This document shows positions 27,028 to 36,079 of a stretch of 59,213 nucleotides of DNA, piece after piece. The position numbers and the translations under genes are program-made. Below the pieces are notes generated by a model. That model searched no databases. It was not told the DNA's origin and saw only the letters and a list, made by a program, of their open reading frames with translations. Positions within the stretch are counted from its first letter, which is position 1. The number at the start of each line of letters is the position of its first letter. Origin of the DNA: Candidatus Saccharimonadota bacterium (GTDB lineage: Bacteria > Patescibacteriota > Saccharimonadia > Saccharimonadales > UBA4665); assembly GCA_025927655.1 (NCBI GenBank), contig JAICKY010000001.1, positions 1-59,213 on the forward strand. Reading direction: 5' to 3'.

Positions 27028-27626
27028 TGGTTTGCTCGCTTCCAGTCACCGCCATTTGATCTGTTGCGGGGTGATTTCGTGTGCCAGTCGTGCGGGTTGG
27101 ACTTCTGGATTGCTGCTTGCATGGTTTTGGCGGTTTTCGTAAAGAAAGTAGGTCCGGTGCTTCGGTTGCCTTCCGTGGCCCATATTGTGGGCAGTTGGTG
27201 TCCGCGGCTTTCCTGTTCCCGCAATTCCATGTCTACGTCCAGGTTGTCAGCGTCTTTGACGATCTGTGCTTCCAGGCAGCTGCGCGTTTCGTATTCGCGG
27301 TACAAACCCAGAAATTCTGCTTGGAGCGAGGTGCCTTCTAGCATATCAGTTAGCCCAAGATCTTCGTTACGGACGACGTATTGGCGCGCCAGATAGTCGA
27401 CATCGCCGGTACGGCTTTCGGCTATATCGTGCACCAACGCCATTTTCATCATCTTCTCGGTGTTTACGTCGGCCTTTTCGCGGGCGGCGATAACCAGCGC
27501 CAGCCATAGCACGCGAAAATGGTGATCTGCCAGGTCGCCCACTCCGTCCATATGAAACCGGTGCCATTGCCGTGGGACAAGGCGCAAAGCACCCAGCTCG
27601 TACAGAAACTCCAAGTCTCTATTCAT
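27024..27626 (-). CDS. HD-domain phosphohydrolase (YfbR-like 5'-deoxynucleotidase family)
   Basis: DLADHHFRV...MALVHDIAESRTGDVD (H...HD...D). I set the start at ATG 27626 (MNRDLEFLYELG). There is a 4-nt overlap with the Nudix gene. Confidence 0.75.
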   Translation of the reverse strand: MNRDLEFLYELGALRLVPRQWHRFHMDGVGDLADHHFRVLWLALVIAAREKADVNTEKMMKMALVHDIAESRTGDVDYLARQYVVRNEDLGLTDMLEGTSLQAEFLGLYREYETRSCLEAQIVKDADNLDVDMELREQESRGHQLPTIWATEGNRSTGPTFFTKTAKTMQAAIQKSNPHDWHTKSPRNRSNGGDWKRANQ

Positions 27627-28179
27627 GTAACGATTGTAACAGATCGACGTAGCGTTCCGGGTTTTGCCAGCAGTCATCGTGTTCGCCAGGCAGCGAGAGA
27701 AACGCCCGCGGACCGTTGAAGGGAGCATTTACCAAATCCGGGCAGCAGTAGACATCATGCTGATTTCGGATTATGAACTGTTTCTGTGCACTGTTCCAGG
27801 GCTTTTCAAAGGAGCGGTTACGCGCCATCCGAAGACCAGTCAGGAAGTTTGCGTACCGGATATGAAACAGCCATTTTTGTGCCCATTTGCCCGATTGCCC
27901 CAGCTGTCTATACAGGCGGCCCTCGCGCCAGACTTTTATAGTGGTGGCAAACAGCCATGGCCGGCCGGGCCAATACGCTATGCCGACTAGCACGATGTGT
28001 TGGGCGCGGTTTTGGGTGGGAATTAAATAGCAACCGCCGGAATGCGCGAATATGATGTCAGCCGCTGCCGGATCTTTGGTGATGGTCAGTCCTGACTGTG
28101 TGCAGGCCTGTTCAAATTGCCTGCCGATCATTGGGCCCTCGTTGATACCGTACAAAATGCAGATAGATCGGCTAGTCAT
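27619..28179 (-). CDS. alpha/beta-hydrolase-like protein of unknown function
   Basis: Nucleophile-elbow-like FAHSGG and a distal GEHDD. The start is set at ATG 28179 (MTSRSICILYG). Confidence 0.45.
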   Translation of the reverse strand: MTSRSICILYGINEGPMIGRQFEQACTQSGLTITKDPAAADIIFAHSGGCYLIPTQNRAQHIVLVGIAYWPGRPWLFATTIKVWREGRLYRQLGQSGKWAQKWLFHIRYANFLTGLRMARNRSFEKPWNSAQKQFIIRNQHDVYCCPDLVNAPFNGPRAFLSLPGEHDDCWQNPERYVDLLQSLHE

Positions 28180-28184
28180 GATGG

Positions 28185-28985
28185 CTATATATCTAGCGTG
28201 ACACTTACCGGGCAATGATCGGAACCCAGGTAATCCGGGTGAATATTGGCGGCCTTTACATTTGATTTCAGGACGCTCGAAACTAGGAAGTAGTCGATAC
28301 GCCAGCCAACATTCCGTTCACGGGCGCGGGCAAAATGGCTCCACCAGGTGTAAAAACCGTTCCCCTGTTTGAACATGCGGAGCGTATCGACGAAGCCGGC
28401 GTCGAGGAATTTCTGGAAGCCCTCGCGTTCTTCGTTCGTGAAGCCCTTTTTGCCGACATTTGGTTTAGGATTGGCCAGATCGTCTTCGGTATGGGCGACA
28501 TTTAGATCACCGCAAAATACGACTGGTTTTGCCTCTTCCAGGCGTTTGCAGTATGCCAGGAACGCGGGGTCCCACTGTTTGTGGCGAAGCTCTAACCGGC
28601 CCAGATCGTCTTTAGCGTTTGGCGTGTAGACCGTGACGACCCAGAAACCTGGGAATTCGGCGGCCAGCACTCTGCCTTCTTTGTTTGGGTCGCCAAACGT
28701 GTCGCCAGTGACGCCGTACTGTTCGATGATGTCTTCGGGAAAACCGTCCACAATTTGTAGAGGTTTTTGTTTGCTGAAGATAGCCGTGCCACTGTAGCCG
28801 GGTTTGTCGGCACTGTACCAGAACTGCTGGTAACCGGGTAGCTCCAGCTCCACCTGCTCTTGCTTGGCTTTGGTTTCCTGCAAACACAATATGTCTGGCT
28901 GTTCGGTGTCCAGAAACGGCTGCAAAGCGTTTTTTTTGAGCACGGCGCGAATGCCGTTTACATTCCACGAGTAAATCTTTGTCAT
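28185..28985 (-). CDS. xth: exodeoxyribonuclease III (AP endonuclease)
   Basis: MTKIYSWNVNGIRAV...DILCLQETK...GYSGTAIFSK...WRIDYFLVS...GSDHCPV. The true start is ATG 28985. The track ORF continues upstream only as antisense of the next gene. Confidence 0.9.
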   Translation of the reverse strand: MTKIYSWNVNGIRAVLKKNALQPFLDTEQPDILCLQETKAKQEQVELELPGYQQFWYSADKPGYSGTAIFSKQKPLQIVDGFPEDIIEQYGVTGDTFGDPNKEGRVLAAEFPGFWVVTVYTPNAKDDLGRLELRHKQWDPAFLAYCKRLEEAKPVVFCGDLNVAHTEDDLANPKPNVGKKGFTNEEREGFQKFLDAGFVDTLRMFKQGNGFYTWWSHFARARERNVGWRIDYFLVSSVLKSNVKAANIHPDYLGSDHCPVSVTLDI

Positions 28986-29090
28986 GGTTCCAGTATACAT
29001 GTTTGACGCGCCAAAAAAGGTAATGAGCGGCCTTGGTTGCTTCGGCCGTGGTTGCAATCCAAAGCTTACGACAGTATAGTTTGAGGCGAC

Positions 29091-30059
29091 ATGCATATTG
29101 CCGAGACTTTTAAGCCCGCCGACACTATACCGAAGACCAAGATTATTACATTTGAAGGAGAAGCCCGCAGTGGTAAAGGTACCAGCGTTCGGGTGGTTCA
29201 GGCGCGGTTGCTGACTGACGGCAGGAGCGTGCTGGTGATCGACCAGGGGCAGAAATTTCGTGTGCTGGCGAAGCTGGCGCAAGATCGGTCTGTTGAGCTG
29301 CAGGATCAGACGGCGGTAACCGGCTTTTTGCGAAACCCCGGCACCCGGCCGGCTATGTTGAAACTGCTGACGTCGCTCAAAACTATGAAGTCGGACGAGG
29401 TAAATGCGCTGCTCTACACTCAGGCAGTCAGTATGGGGAGTGCTCAGATCGCGCAGAATGCCGATGCCCACCCGCTTGCCGTCGGCCTGCTGTTCGACGA
29501 AGTGCAGCAAGCTGTGAACGACAGCATCGATACCGTCCTGATAGATGGCCGTAGTATGGAAAAATATGGCCGTCAGATGGCCGAGCAGAAAAAGGCCCAG
29601 TTTGTTATGGGCTTTTATTTCCGGTGTGATGCTTCGATCGCCGCGCGGCGGACAACGGGCATATTTGTAGATATGGATGCTATGAGCGTTGACGAAAAAT
29701 TGGTGCTGCTCGAAGCTATTACGAAGATTGGCGATCGTAACCGGCAGGATACGCTGCGCGAGGTCGACCCGATGTTGGAACCGGCGAATGCTTACCCGCT
29801 GCATGTTGCAGATTTTGCCGTTAATGATGTGCGGCACGTGCGGCAAGCTACACTGGACGCGCTGCTCAGCGGGATGGTCTCGATTAACACGTCTTACACC
29901 CGCAGCGTGGAAGAAATGACCGAACCGGTAGTTATGCTTGCCGCGCAAGCTCTTGATTTGCATGATAGCGAAGCTGACAGGCTCGCCAAAAATCCTAAGC
30001 TGTGGGCTACATTCGAAGAGTTTGGTGATCCACGCAGGCCGGTCGTAGCTCGTTCCTAG
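29091..30059 (+). CDS. cytidylate-kinase-like P-loop protein with a long C-terminal extension
   Basis: ITFEGEARSGKGTS (compare Cmk GPAGSGKGT), DQGQKFRVLA, VLIDGRSMEKYG and FYFRCDASIAARR follow the Cmk motif order. 322 aa, versus about 220 for canonical Cmk. Confidence 0.5.
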   Translation: MHIAETFKPADTIPKTKIITFEGEARSGKGTSVRVVQARLLTDGRSVLVIDQGQKFRVLAKLAQDRSVELQDQTAVTGFLRNPGTRPAMLKLLTSLKTMKSDEVNALLYTQAVSMGSAQIAQNADAHPLAVGLLFDEVQQAVNDSIDTVLIDGRSMEKYGRQMAEQKKAQFVMGFYFRCDASIAARRTTGIFVDMDAMSVDEKLVLLEAITKIGDRNRQDTLREVDPMLEPANAYPLHVADFAVNDVRHVRQATLDALLSGMVSINTSYTRSVEEMTEPVVMLAAQALDLHDSEADRLAKNPKLWATFEEFGDPRRPVVARS

Positions 30060-32416
30060 AGTGATAGATCTGGTTCGTCAAGTTCGAGGTGGTCGCCTGG
30101 TTTGGCTTCGCCGCGCAGGATTTTGCCAGCCACCGTGTTCTCTACAGCGCGTTGCAGGGCGCGGCGCATTGGCCGGGCGCCCAGGCGGGGGTCATTGCCG
30201 ACGCTAACAATTTTAGCAATGGCGGCGTCGGTGAGTCCCACCGATATATTTTGGGCCGCCAGCGTTTTGTTAACACCGGCGAGCATCAGGCGCACTACCT
30301 GCGCGAGTTCGTCCGGTTTGAGCGGGCGGAACAATACGATTTCGTCGAACCGGTTCAGCAGTTCTGGCTTAAACTGGCCGCTGTTGATCAACTGATCGGT
30401 GAACTGCGACTCGAAGGCTTCCAGTTCCTCGCCCTTTTCGATGTGTTCGCGAATACTGTCGGCACCGGCGTTGCTGGTGGCGATGATGACGCAATCTTTA
30501 AACGACACTTTTCGGCCCTGGCTGTCTGTCAGCTGGCCCTCGTCCAGTAATTGCAGCAGCAAGTTGAGGATGTTGGGGTGGGCTTTCTCGACTTCGTCGA
30601 GCAGTACTACGCTGAATGGCTGCTGGCGAACGCTCAGCAGCAGACTGTTTGATTCCTCTTTCCCGTCGCTCAGGATGCGTGAAACGTCGGTCTGCTGCTG
30701 GTATTCGCTCATATCAAGCCGGATCATATTGCTTTCATCGCCGAAATAAGTTGCGGCGATTGCCTTGGCAAGCTCTGTTTTACCAACGCCGGTTGGTCCC
30801 AGGAACAGGAAGCTGCCGATTGGCCGGTTTGGGCTGGAAACCCCCGCCCTGGCGCGGCGAAGCGCGTTGGCCACGACTTCTACCGCTCGTTTTTGGTTTA
30901 TCATGCGTTCGTGAATAGCGTCTTCCAGGTGGAGCAGCTGGTCTGCTTCGACGGGTGCAGCGATACCGGCTTTTACACCCTTGGTTTGCTCTATGGCTGC
31001 TTCAACTGACGCTGCGGTGATGACTTTATGATCGGCATGCGCCATAGCCTGTTCCAGCAAGCGGATAGCTTTGCCGGGGTACGCCATGTCGGTTTCGTAA
31101 CGGCCGCTCAGGCGATAGGCGGCCTTGATGGCCTCGTAGCTGATAATCAGGTGGTGGCGGAGTTCGAGCCGGCTGGCGTTGTCAGTCAATGTTTCCAGTA
31201 CTTCTGCTTCTGGTTCTTCTTTGAGTACGACCGGTGTAAGCAGCCCGGCTAGTGCCATATTAGTTGCCCGAAGCTGTTCGTAATCGTGTGGAGACATGGC
31301 AAATATCAACGGTATAGCGCGGGATTGCACGGCGGGTAGCAGAATTTGCGCGGCGTTTATGCTGCCGGGTCCTGTTTGGAAAAACAGCTGCGCGTCGTCG
31401 AAGAACAGCATTATATTGCCAGCGTGTACGGCCTCGTTCAATAGGCTTGTCAGCACATATTCGAGTTCGCCCGGACGGTTTGCGGCAGCGGTGATGGCGG
31501 TGGCTTCCAGCGCGACAATCTGCTTGTGTGCAAGCGTTGGGTCCTGGGCCTCTGCCAGCACATTCTGCGCCAGTGCGTAGGCGTGGCTGGTTTTGCCGAT
31601 GCCGTCCGGCCCGATGAGTGCGATTGCCGCTGCGCCTTGGCTGAAGGCGGTCTTTATATCGGCAACGCCAGGGCTGTCCACGAGCGCTCCGAAATGAGCG
31701 CCATTGCGTTCTATGGCGGTTGATAGATTGTGGCCAAATTGGGTAAGATGCGGCGTAAATCCACTGGCCCAATCACGGCCGATGCCGCCAAAGTTTGTCG
31801 GTTTGCGCCGAATGGCGGCCAGGTTTCGCTCCAGCCATCCCCCTACCGCATCTACATCGGTCTGGTTCAGTTTAAGCTTGGTCAGCAGGCCGGTAACGGC
31901 CGGCGAGCTATGCAGGATGGCTACTACTATGTGGCCGGCCTCAATCGACGTGCTGTGGTAGCTGTCGGCAATCTGCGCCGCCTGTTGCAGTACGGCGCCT
32001 AGCTGCGTGGGATCGTCACTCACCAGATGGCCTATGCGGTCAAGCGGTAACAACAAATGGTTACCCAGGAGTAATGCCTGCCAGTTCGGTTCCAGTGCTT
32101 TTAGCAACGTTTGGGGCGAATACGACGTTTTAGGGTTTAAAAGTACCAGGCAATCATTACTCAGGCGATTCATTAGGCTGCCGCTTTGCACGGGTACATT
32201 AGAAAGCTCGTATTGCCACCAGAGCGCCGGCATCAGCAAAAGCAGCCCCAGGCCCATCAGGCTGTACCCGATAGAATAGTGCGCAAATGCCAGGCCGCCG
32301 CCAACTACCACGCAGGAACCGGCGGCCAAAAGCAGGCCAATGTATCCGGACTTTCCAATGGCCTTGCCTAGCCTGGCAAGACGAGCTCGTGAACTATGTA
32401 GATCCAATTCCTGCAT
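30056..32416 (-). CDS. membrane-anchored Clp/Hsp100-like double AAA+ ATPase (D1 degenerate, D2 canonical)
   Basis: Two N-terminal hydrophobic helices and a Clp_N-like segment (IEAGHIVVAILHS). D1 has GPDGIGKTS and IMLFFDDAQ. D2 has GPTGVGKTELAKAIA, VVLLDEVEKAHP and PELLNRFDEIVLFRPL. Confidence 0.8.
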   Translation of the reverse strand: MQELDLHSSRARLARLGKAIGKSGYIGLLLAAGSCVVVGGGLAFAHYSIGYSLMGLGLLLLMPALWWQYELSNVPVQSGSLMNRLSNDCLVLLNPKTSYSPQTLLKALEPNWQALLLGNHLLLPLDRIGHLVSDDPTQLGAVLQQAAQIADSYHSTSIEAGHIVVAILHSSPAVTGLLTKLKLNQTDVDAVGGWLERNLAAIRRKPTNFGGIGRDWASGFTPHLTQFGHNLSTAIERNGAHFGALVDSPGVADIKTAFSQGAAAIALIGPDGIGKTSHAYALAQNVLAEAQDPTLAHKQIVALEATAITAAANRPGELEYVLTSLLNEAVHAGNIMLFFDDAQLFFQTGPGSINAAQILLPAVQSRAIPLIFAMSPHDYEQLRATNMALAGLLTPVVLKEEPEAEVLETLTDNASRLELRHHLIISYEAIKAAYRLSGRYETDMAYPGKAIRLLEQAMAHADHKVITAASVEAAIEQTKGVKAGIAAPVEADQLLHLEDAIHERMINQKRAVEVVANALRRARAGVSSPNRPIGSFLFLGPTGVGKTELAKAIAATYFGDESNMIRLDMSEYQQQTDVSRILSDGKEESNSLLLSVRQQPFSVVLLDEVEKAHPNILNLLLQLLDEGQLTDSQGRKVSFKDCVIIATSNAGADSIREHIEKGEELEAFESQFTDQLINSGQFKPELLNRFDEIVLFRPLKPDELAQVVRLMLAGVNKTLAAQNISVGLTDAAIAKIVSVGNDPRLGARPMRRALQRAVENTVAGKILRGEAKPGDHLELDEPDLSL

Positions 32417-32419
32417 AAT

Positions 32420-32890
32420 TTATAGCAGCCCTTTCACGATAAGCGCGGCGGCAAGCAACGGCGTGAGGGGCCAAACTACCAGTTCCAATATTCCCACGGC
32501 AATCATGCATAGGAACGCAACCCCAGCGGCCAAGAGCACAAAAAAGCGTACGGTAAAGCCGACGCACCGGCTGACTAGATTATCGCCGAGTGCCCTCAGG
32601 CGTGCATCCAGTCCGGCCCCCGGGTATGTGATGATACGGCGCCACGGCGCGAACAGCGTGTTCAGCAGGATTTTTATAGAGAACATTTCGCCAAGGCTGG
32701 CGAGCCGATGCTGCGTGCTTTTGAGGACCCCTGCCCATCCCCTCCCGTACCACCAGCTAAATAGGCCAAGTATAACCATGATTACTTCGTATTGTAGCAT
32801 TAAAGGAGGGCTGCGATAAGCAGAGTGTGTGAGCTGATAGTTAACGGATCCGAGAAGAGGATAGTGTAACTTCGTGCTCGGAGTTGACAT
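32420..32890 (-). CDS. hypothetical integral membrane protein (156 aa)
   Basis: About 3 TM helices. It starts upstream of the Clp-like gene on the same strand, with a 3-nt gap between its stop and that gene's start. Motifs FSWWYGRGW and LFAPWRRI noted. Confidence 0.6.
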   Translation of the reverse strand: MSTPSTKLHYPLLGSVNYQLTHSAYRSPPLMLQYEVIMVILGLFSWWYGRGWAGVLKSTQHRLASLGEMFSIKILLNTLFAPWRRIITYPGAGLDARLRALGDNLVSRCVGFTVRFFVLLAAGVAFLCMIAVGILELVVWPLTPLLAAALIVKGLL

Positions 32891-33025
32891 CTGTGGCTGG
32901 ATAGAGGGATTCGCTTTGTCGCCAAAACAAGTATAAGTTTTGGCAAGACAACCCTTCCGCTCACGCTCCAGGGCTTCGGGTCGGGGTTTGCCACTGGCAA
33001 ACCCGTTCGAATCCCTTGAACGCAG

Positions 33026-33066
33026 CCAAATAAAACACCCCAGAAAATCTGGGGTGTTTTATTTGG
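33026..33066. terminator. perfect 18-bp stem-loop terminator downstream of tRNA-Ser
   Basis: CCAAATAAAACACCCCAG-AAAAT-CTGGGGTGTTTTATTTGG. A T-run follows on the minus-strand reading. The last 3 nt overlap the tRNA CCA end. Confidence 0.75.
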
Positions 33067-33153
33067 CGGAGAGAGAGGGATTCGAACCCTCGATACCCTT
33101 GCGAGTAAACCGCCTTTCCAAGGCGGCGCCATAGGCCACTAGGCGACCTCTCC
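33064..33153 (-). tRNA. tRNA-Ser (anticodon GGA), class II, CCA encoded
   Basis: Minus-strand read: GGAGAGGTCGCCTAGTGGCCTATGGCGCCGCCTTGGAAAGGCGGTTTACTCGCAAGGGTATCGAGGGTTCGAATCCCTCTCTCTCCGCCA. Anticodon loop TTGGAAA. Confidence 0.9.
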
Positions 33154-33533
33154 TCGTCCAAGCGTACGCTGCTGTCTCGTTTTACCGCATGCGGTAAAAG
33201 CTTCGACTTACAGCTACGCTTCTCCTCTCAAAATTGCATTCAGTCGCTTACGCTCCTTGGATTGCAATTTTGGCTAGGCTCCAAATGAGACACCCATTTT
33301 ATGGGTTTCTCATCGCGCCGCGTGGTGAAATAAATTCGCCAGCTCGGGCTGCTCTTCCCGGTCAGTGACAGCTTAGCTCTTTTCCTGGGCTTCAAGGTTG
33401 GTTTGTATCTAATAGGTTAGACAAAATAACAACCATCTTATTGAAGTACGGGCGGCGCTGGGACAATTATATCAAAAATGTGGCGAAAAACACCTTGCGG
33501 CTTCGGGTTTTTGCGGGGTACACTAAAACAGCA

Positions 33534-34400
33534 ATGGCTCTTATCGAACTTAAGGACGTCAGTAAGCTCTATGGCTTTGGCGACGCTACCAGTGTAGCGC
33601 TCGACGAGGTCAATTTGACGATAGAGCAAGGAGAATGTGTGGCGATAATGGGCCCCAGCGGCAGCGGCAAGAGTACGCTCATGAATGTCATCGGCCTGCT
33701 GGATCGCCCAACACACGGCAATTATCACCTGAGCGGCAAACGTGTCAGCCGGCTTGGCAGCAATCAACGCGCGCGGCTTCGCCGCGACAAAATCGGCTTT
33801 ATTTTTCAGTCGTTTAATCTATTGCCGCGTTTGACAGCCGTCGACAATGTGGCACTACCGCTGCTGTACAAAGGTGTGTCATTCACGAAGCGCGTAAAAA
33901 AGGCATGGGATTTGTTGGAACGCGTGGGGTTAGGCGACCGTGCGTATTATTATCCGCGTCAGCTTTCCGGCGGCCAGGCGCAGAGCGTGGCGATTGCACG
34001 GGCGCTCGTGAACGATCCGCAGCTCATCATCGCCGACGAGCCAACCGGCAACCTAGACTCAAATAGTTCGCGGTTAGTCATGGAATTGTTGAGTGAAATT
34101 CACAAAACCGGCAACACGGTATTGTTCGTAACGCACAACCCTGAACTCACCCGGTTTGCTACGCGCGTAGTCTACATGCAGGATGGCGCTATAAAATACG
34201 ATGAACAAACAAAGCTTGGCGAAGTCGGCCGCTATGCCCGGTCTGTTATGTATGCGGTGCCAGAAACTACCGAAGAGGATGATCTGGCGGGTGTGTCGGT
34301 ACTGATAAACGCATTACACCAGCAAGCCGCGCCAAAGGCAAAAAAGAAGACCGCTCGTGCTAAAAAAACCACCACCAAACGTAAGCGGGTTGCGAAATAA
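33534..34400 (+). CDS. ABC transporter ATP-binding protein (MacB/LolD-type) with a Lys/Arg-rich C-terminal tail
   Basis: Walker [10 protein letters not shown], signature LSGGQAQS and Walker [14 protein letters not shown] set the start at ATG 33534 ([14 protein letters not shown]). The tail is [23 protein letters not shown]. Confidence 0.88.
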   Translation: MALIELKDVSKLYGFGDATSVALDEVNLTIEQGECVAIMGPSGSGKSTLMNVIGLLDRPTHGNYHLSGKRVSRLGSNQRARLRRDKIGFIFQSFNLLPRLTAVDNVALPLLYKGVSFTKRVKKAWDLLERVGLGDRAYYYPRQLSGGQAQSVAIARALVNDPQLIIADEPTGNLDSNSSRLVMELLSEIHKTGNTVLFVTHNPELTRFATRVVYMQDGAIKYDEQTKLGEVGRYARSVMYAVPETTEEDDLAGVSVLINALHQQAAPKAKKKTARAKKTTTKRKRVAK

Positions 34401-34402
34401 CT

Positions 34403-35608
34403 ATGAGCCGGGATAATTTTCGACTGGCTTATCGCAACCTCCAGGCCGCCAAAGCCCGCAGCTTTTTGACGATGCTCGGGATCATTATCGGCGTGATGGC
34501 TGTGGTGCTAGTGGTGTGTATCGGCCAGGGCGTAAAAAGACAAATTGCCGACCAGCTGGGCCGCTATGGTAAAAATGTGTTTGTCGTACAATCTGGCAGC
34601 CGCCAGGCGAGCACGGGCCTGCTGGCCGGTCTGTCGGGCAGTAGCAGCACGCTGCTGACCAAAAACGACCTAAAAACGGTGCAAAAAACACCCGGTGTTA
34701 CCGCCGCAGTTCCGCTTAGCACCGTTAGCGGTAGCGTAACCGGTGATTATGAGGTAAATTCACCGTTTATCGTGGCTACTACGTCCCAGTTTCCAGATGT
34801 GGTCCATCAAAGCATGGCCTCGGGTGATTTTTTTGGCCCGACCGATGATGATAACGCGGTGGTATTAGGAGTGAATATTGCCCAAAAACTGTTCAACGAC
34901 AATGCGCCGCTTGGCCAAGCCCTGCTCTGGCATGGCCAGCGTTTTCTGGTGGCCGGGGTGTTTGATAATTTCACCGCGCCACCCTTTTCGCTCGAGGCGA
35001 ATTTCAATGATGCTATCTTTATCCCGTATGCCACTGCTCAGTCGGTGAGCGGCAGTACGCTGGGCATTTACCAGATTCTCGGCAAATCAGATACTGCCGG
35101 GAATGTTAATAAAGTCGCCAGTGCAGCTAATGCCGCGCTGGTTGCGGCCCATGGCGGGTCCCAGGATGTTACGGTTGCACTGGCGGCGACCGTCAACGCT
35201 GCGTCCGACCAAACAATCCACTTGTTGACTATGCTGGTTGCTGGAGCGGCCGCTATTGCACTAATCGTCGGCGGCGTGGGCATTATGGACGTTATGCTGG
35301 TGAGTGTCACCGAGCGCATGTACGAAATTGGCCTCCGCAAAGCGATAGGTGCCACTAACCGGCAGATTATGCGCCAGTTTGTGGCCGAGGCATTTGTGCT
35401 GAGTAGCCTGGGTGCGCTCATCGGTGTGGCGTTGTCTTGCATAGGCGTGGGACTATTCAGGGCATTTACCAGCTTGCAGGCGATAATCGTGTGGCAGTCA
35501 TTGGTAATCGCGCCATTGCTAGCCATTGTGGTAGGCGTATTTTTCGGCAGCATGCCAGCGCTCAAGGCCGCCCGCAAGGACCCCATTGAAGCACTCCGCC
35601 ACGACTAG
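34403..35608 (+). CDS. ABC transporter permease, FtsX/MacB-like
   Basis: 401 aa with an N-terminal TM helix, a large periplasmic-type domain and 3 C-terminal TM helices. It starts 2 nt after the ATPase gene. Confidence 0.85.
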   Translation: MSRDNFRLAYRNLQAAKARSFLTMLGIIIGVMAVVLVVCIGQGVKRQIADQLGRYGKNVFVVQSGSRQASTGLLAGLSGSSSTLLTKNDLKTVQKTPGVTAAVPLSTVSGSVTGDYEVNSPFIVATTSQFPDVVHQSMASGDFFGPTDDDNAVVLGVNIAQKLFNDNAPLGQALLWHGQRFLVAGVFDNFTAPPFSLEANFNDAIFIPYATAQSVSGSTLGIYQILGKSDTAGNVNKVASAANAALVAAHGGSQDVTVALAATVNAASDQTIHLLTMLVAGAAAIALIVGGVGIMDVMLVSVTERMYEIGLRKAIGATNRQIMRQFVAEAFVLSSLGALIGVALSCIGVGLFRAFTSLQAIIVWQSLVIAPLLAIVVGVFFGSMPALKAARKDPIEALRHD

Positions 35609-35640
35609 ACTTATCATACGAAATATGATATTATAAGTCT
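35607..35640. other. AT-rich imperfect hairpin between the permease stop and the next start codon
   Basis: AGACTT-ATCATA-CGAAA-TATGAT-(ATTAT)-AAGTCT. Confidence 0.35.
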
Positions 35641-35642
35641 CT

Positions 35643-36050
35643 ATGATTGATAGAGCGCAGCGGGCTATTGCCAGAAGTATTGCTGGTGGTTGTCCGGTCG
35701 AACATGGTACCGTGCCAGTTAAAACCGAAGCATATGGTACATTTGCGCGCCTGGTGCTCGCTAGGATATCGCTCGATGCTGTAGCTAAAGACATGAAAGA
35801 GTTTCGCGGTAAAAGTGTTAGTGGTGTTATGGAAGCGTTCAGCGACTCGATGTTTGGCCATGGTACGGATGTATTGCATAAAATGAGCTTCAAGGATCAA
35901 AAACACCTCTCTAGTCTCTTTAATGCTCGAATGGATCCATCTCCGGCGATAACTATAGGTCGGCTTTCCAATGGATTGACACTGCTACCAGAGCACATGA
36001 GCGAACGCTTCGCACCATTGCTCACCGTACTGAACGCGGAGAAACAGTAA
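35643..36050 (+). CDS. hypothetical protein (135 aa)
   Basis: ORF immediately after the ABC permease. No family recognised. Confidence 0.5.
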   Translation: MIDRAQRAIARSIAGGCPVEHGTVPVKTEAYGTFARLVLARISLDAVAKDMKEFRGKSVSGVMEAFSDSMFGHGTDVLHKMSFKDQKHLSSLFNARMDPSPAITIGRLSNGLTLLPEHMSERFAPLLTVLNAEKQ

Positions 36051-36079
36051 CGCGACATGGTCTGGATGCTTCGTGGCGG

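Noticed and set aside
28986-29963. N-terminal 326 codons of the 592-aa track ORF 28185..29963 (minus)
   Set aside because: This part is antisense to the Cmk-like gene and translates to an Arg/His/Gln-rich sequence that does not look like protein. The xth homology begins exactly at ATG 28985 (MTKIYSWNVNG). It is an antisense open-frame artifact.
33001-33027. Possible additional tRNA gene next to tRNA-Ser
   Set aside because: Only a 3'-end-like string is present (T-loop, 5+7 nt, GCCA). The T-stem cannot pair (ACCCG versus CCCTT) and no complementary 5' acceptor (TGCGTTC) exists upstream. I kept it only as a low-interest possible scar.
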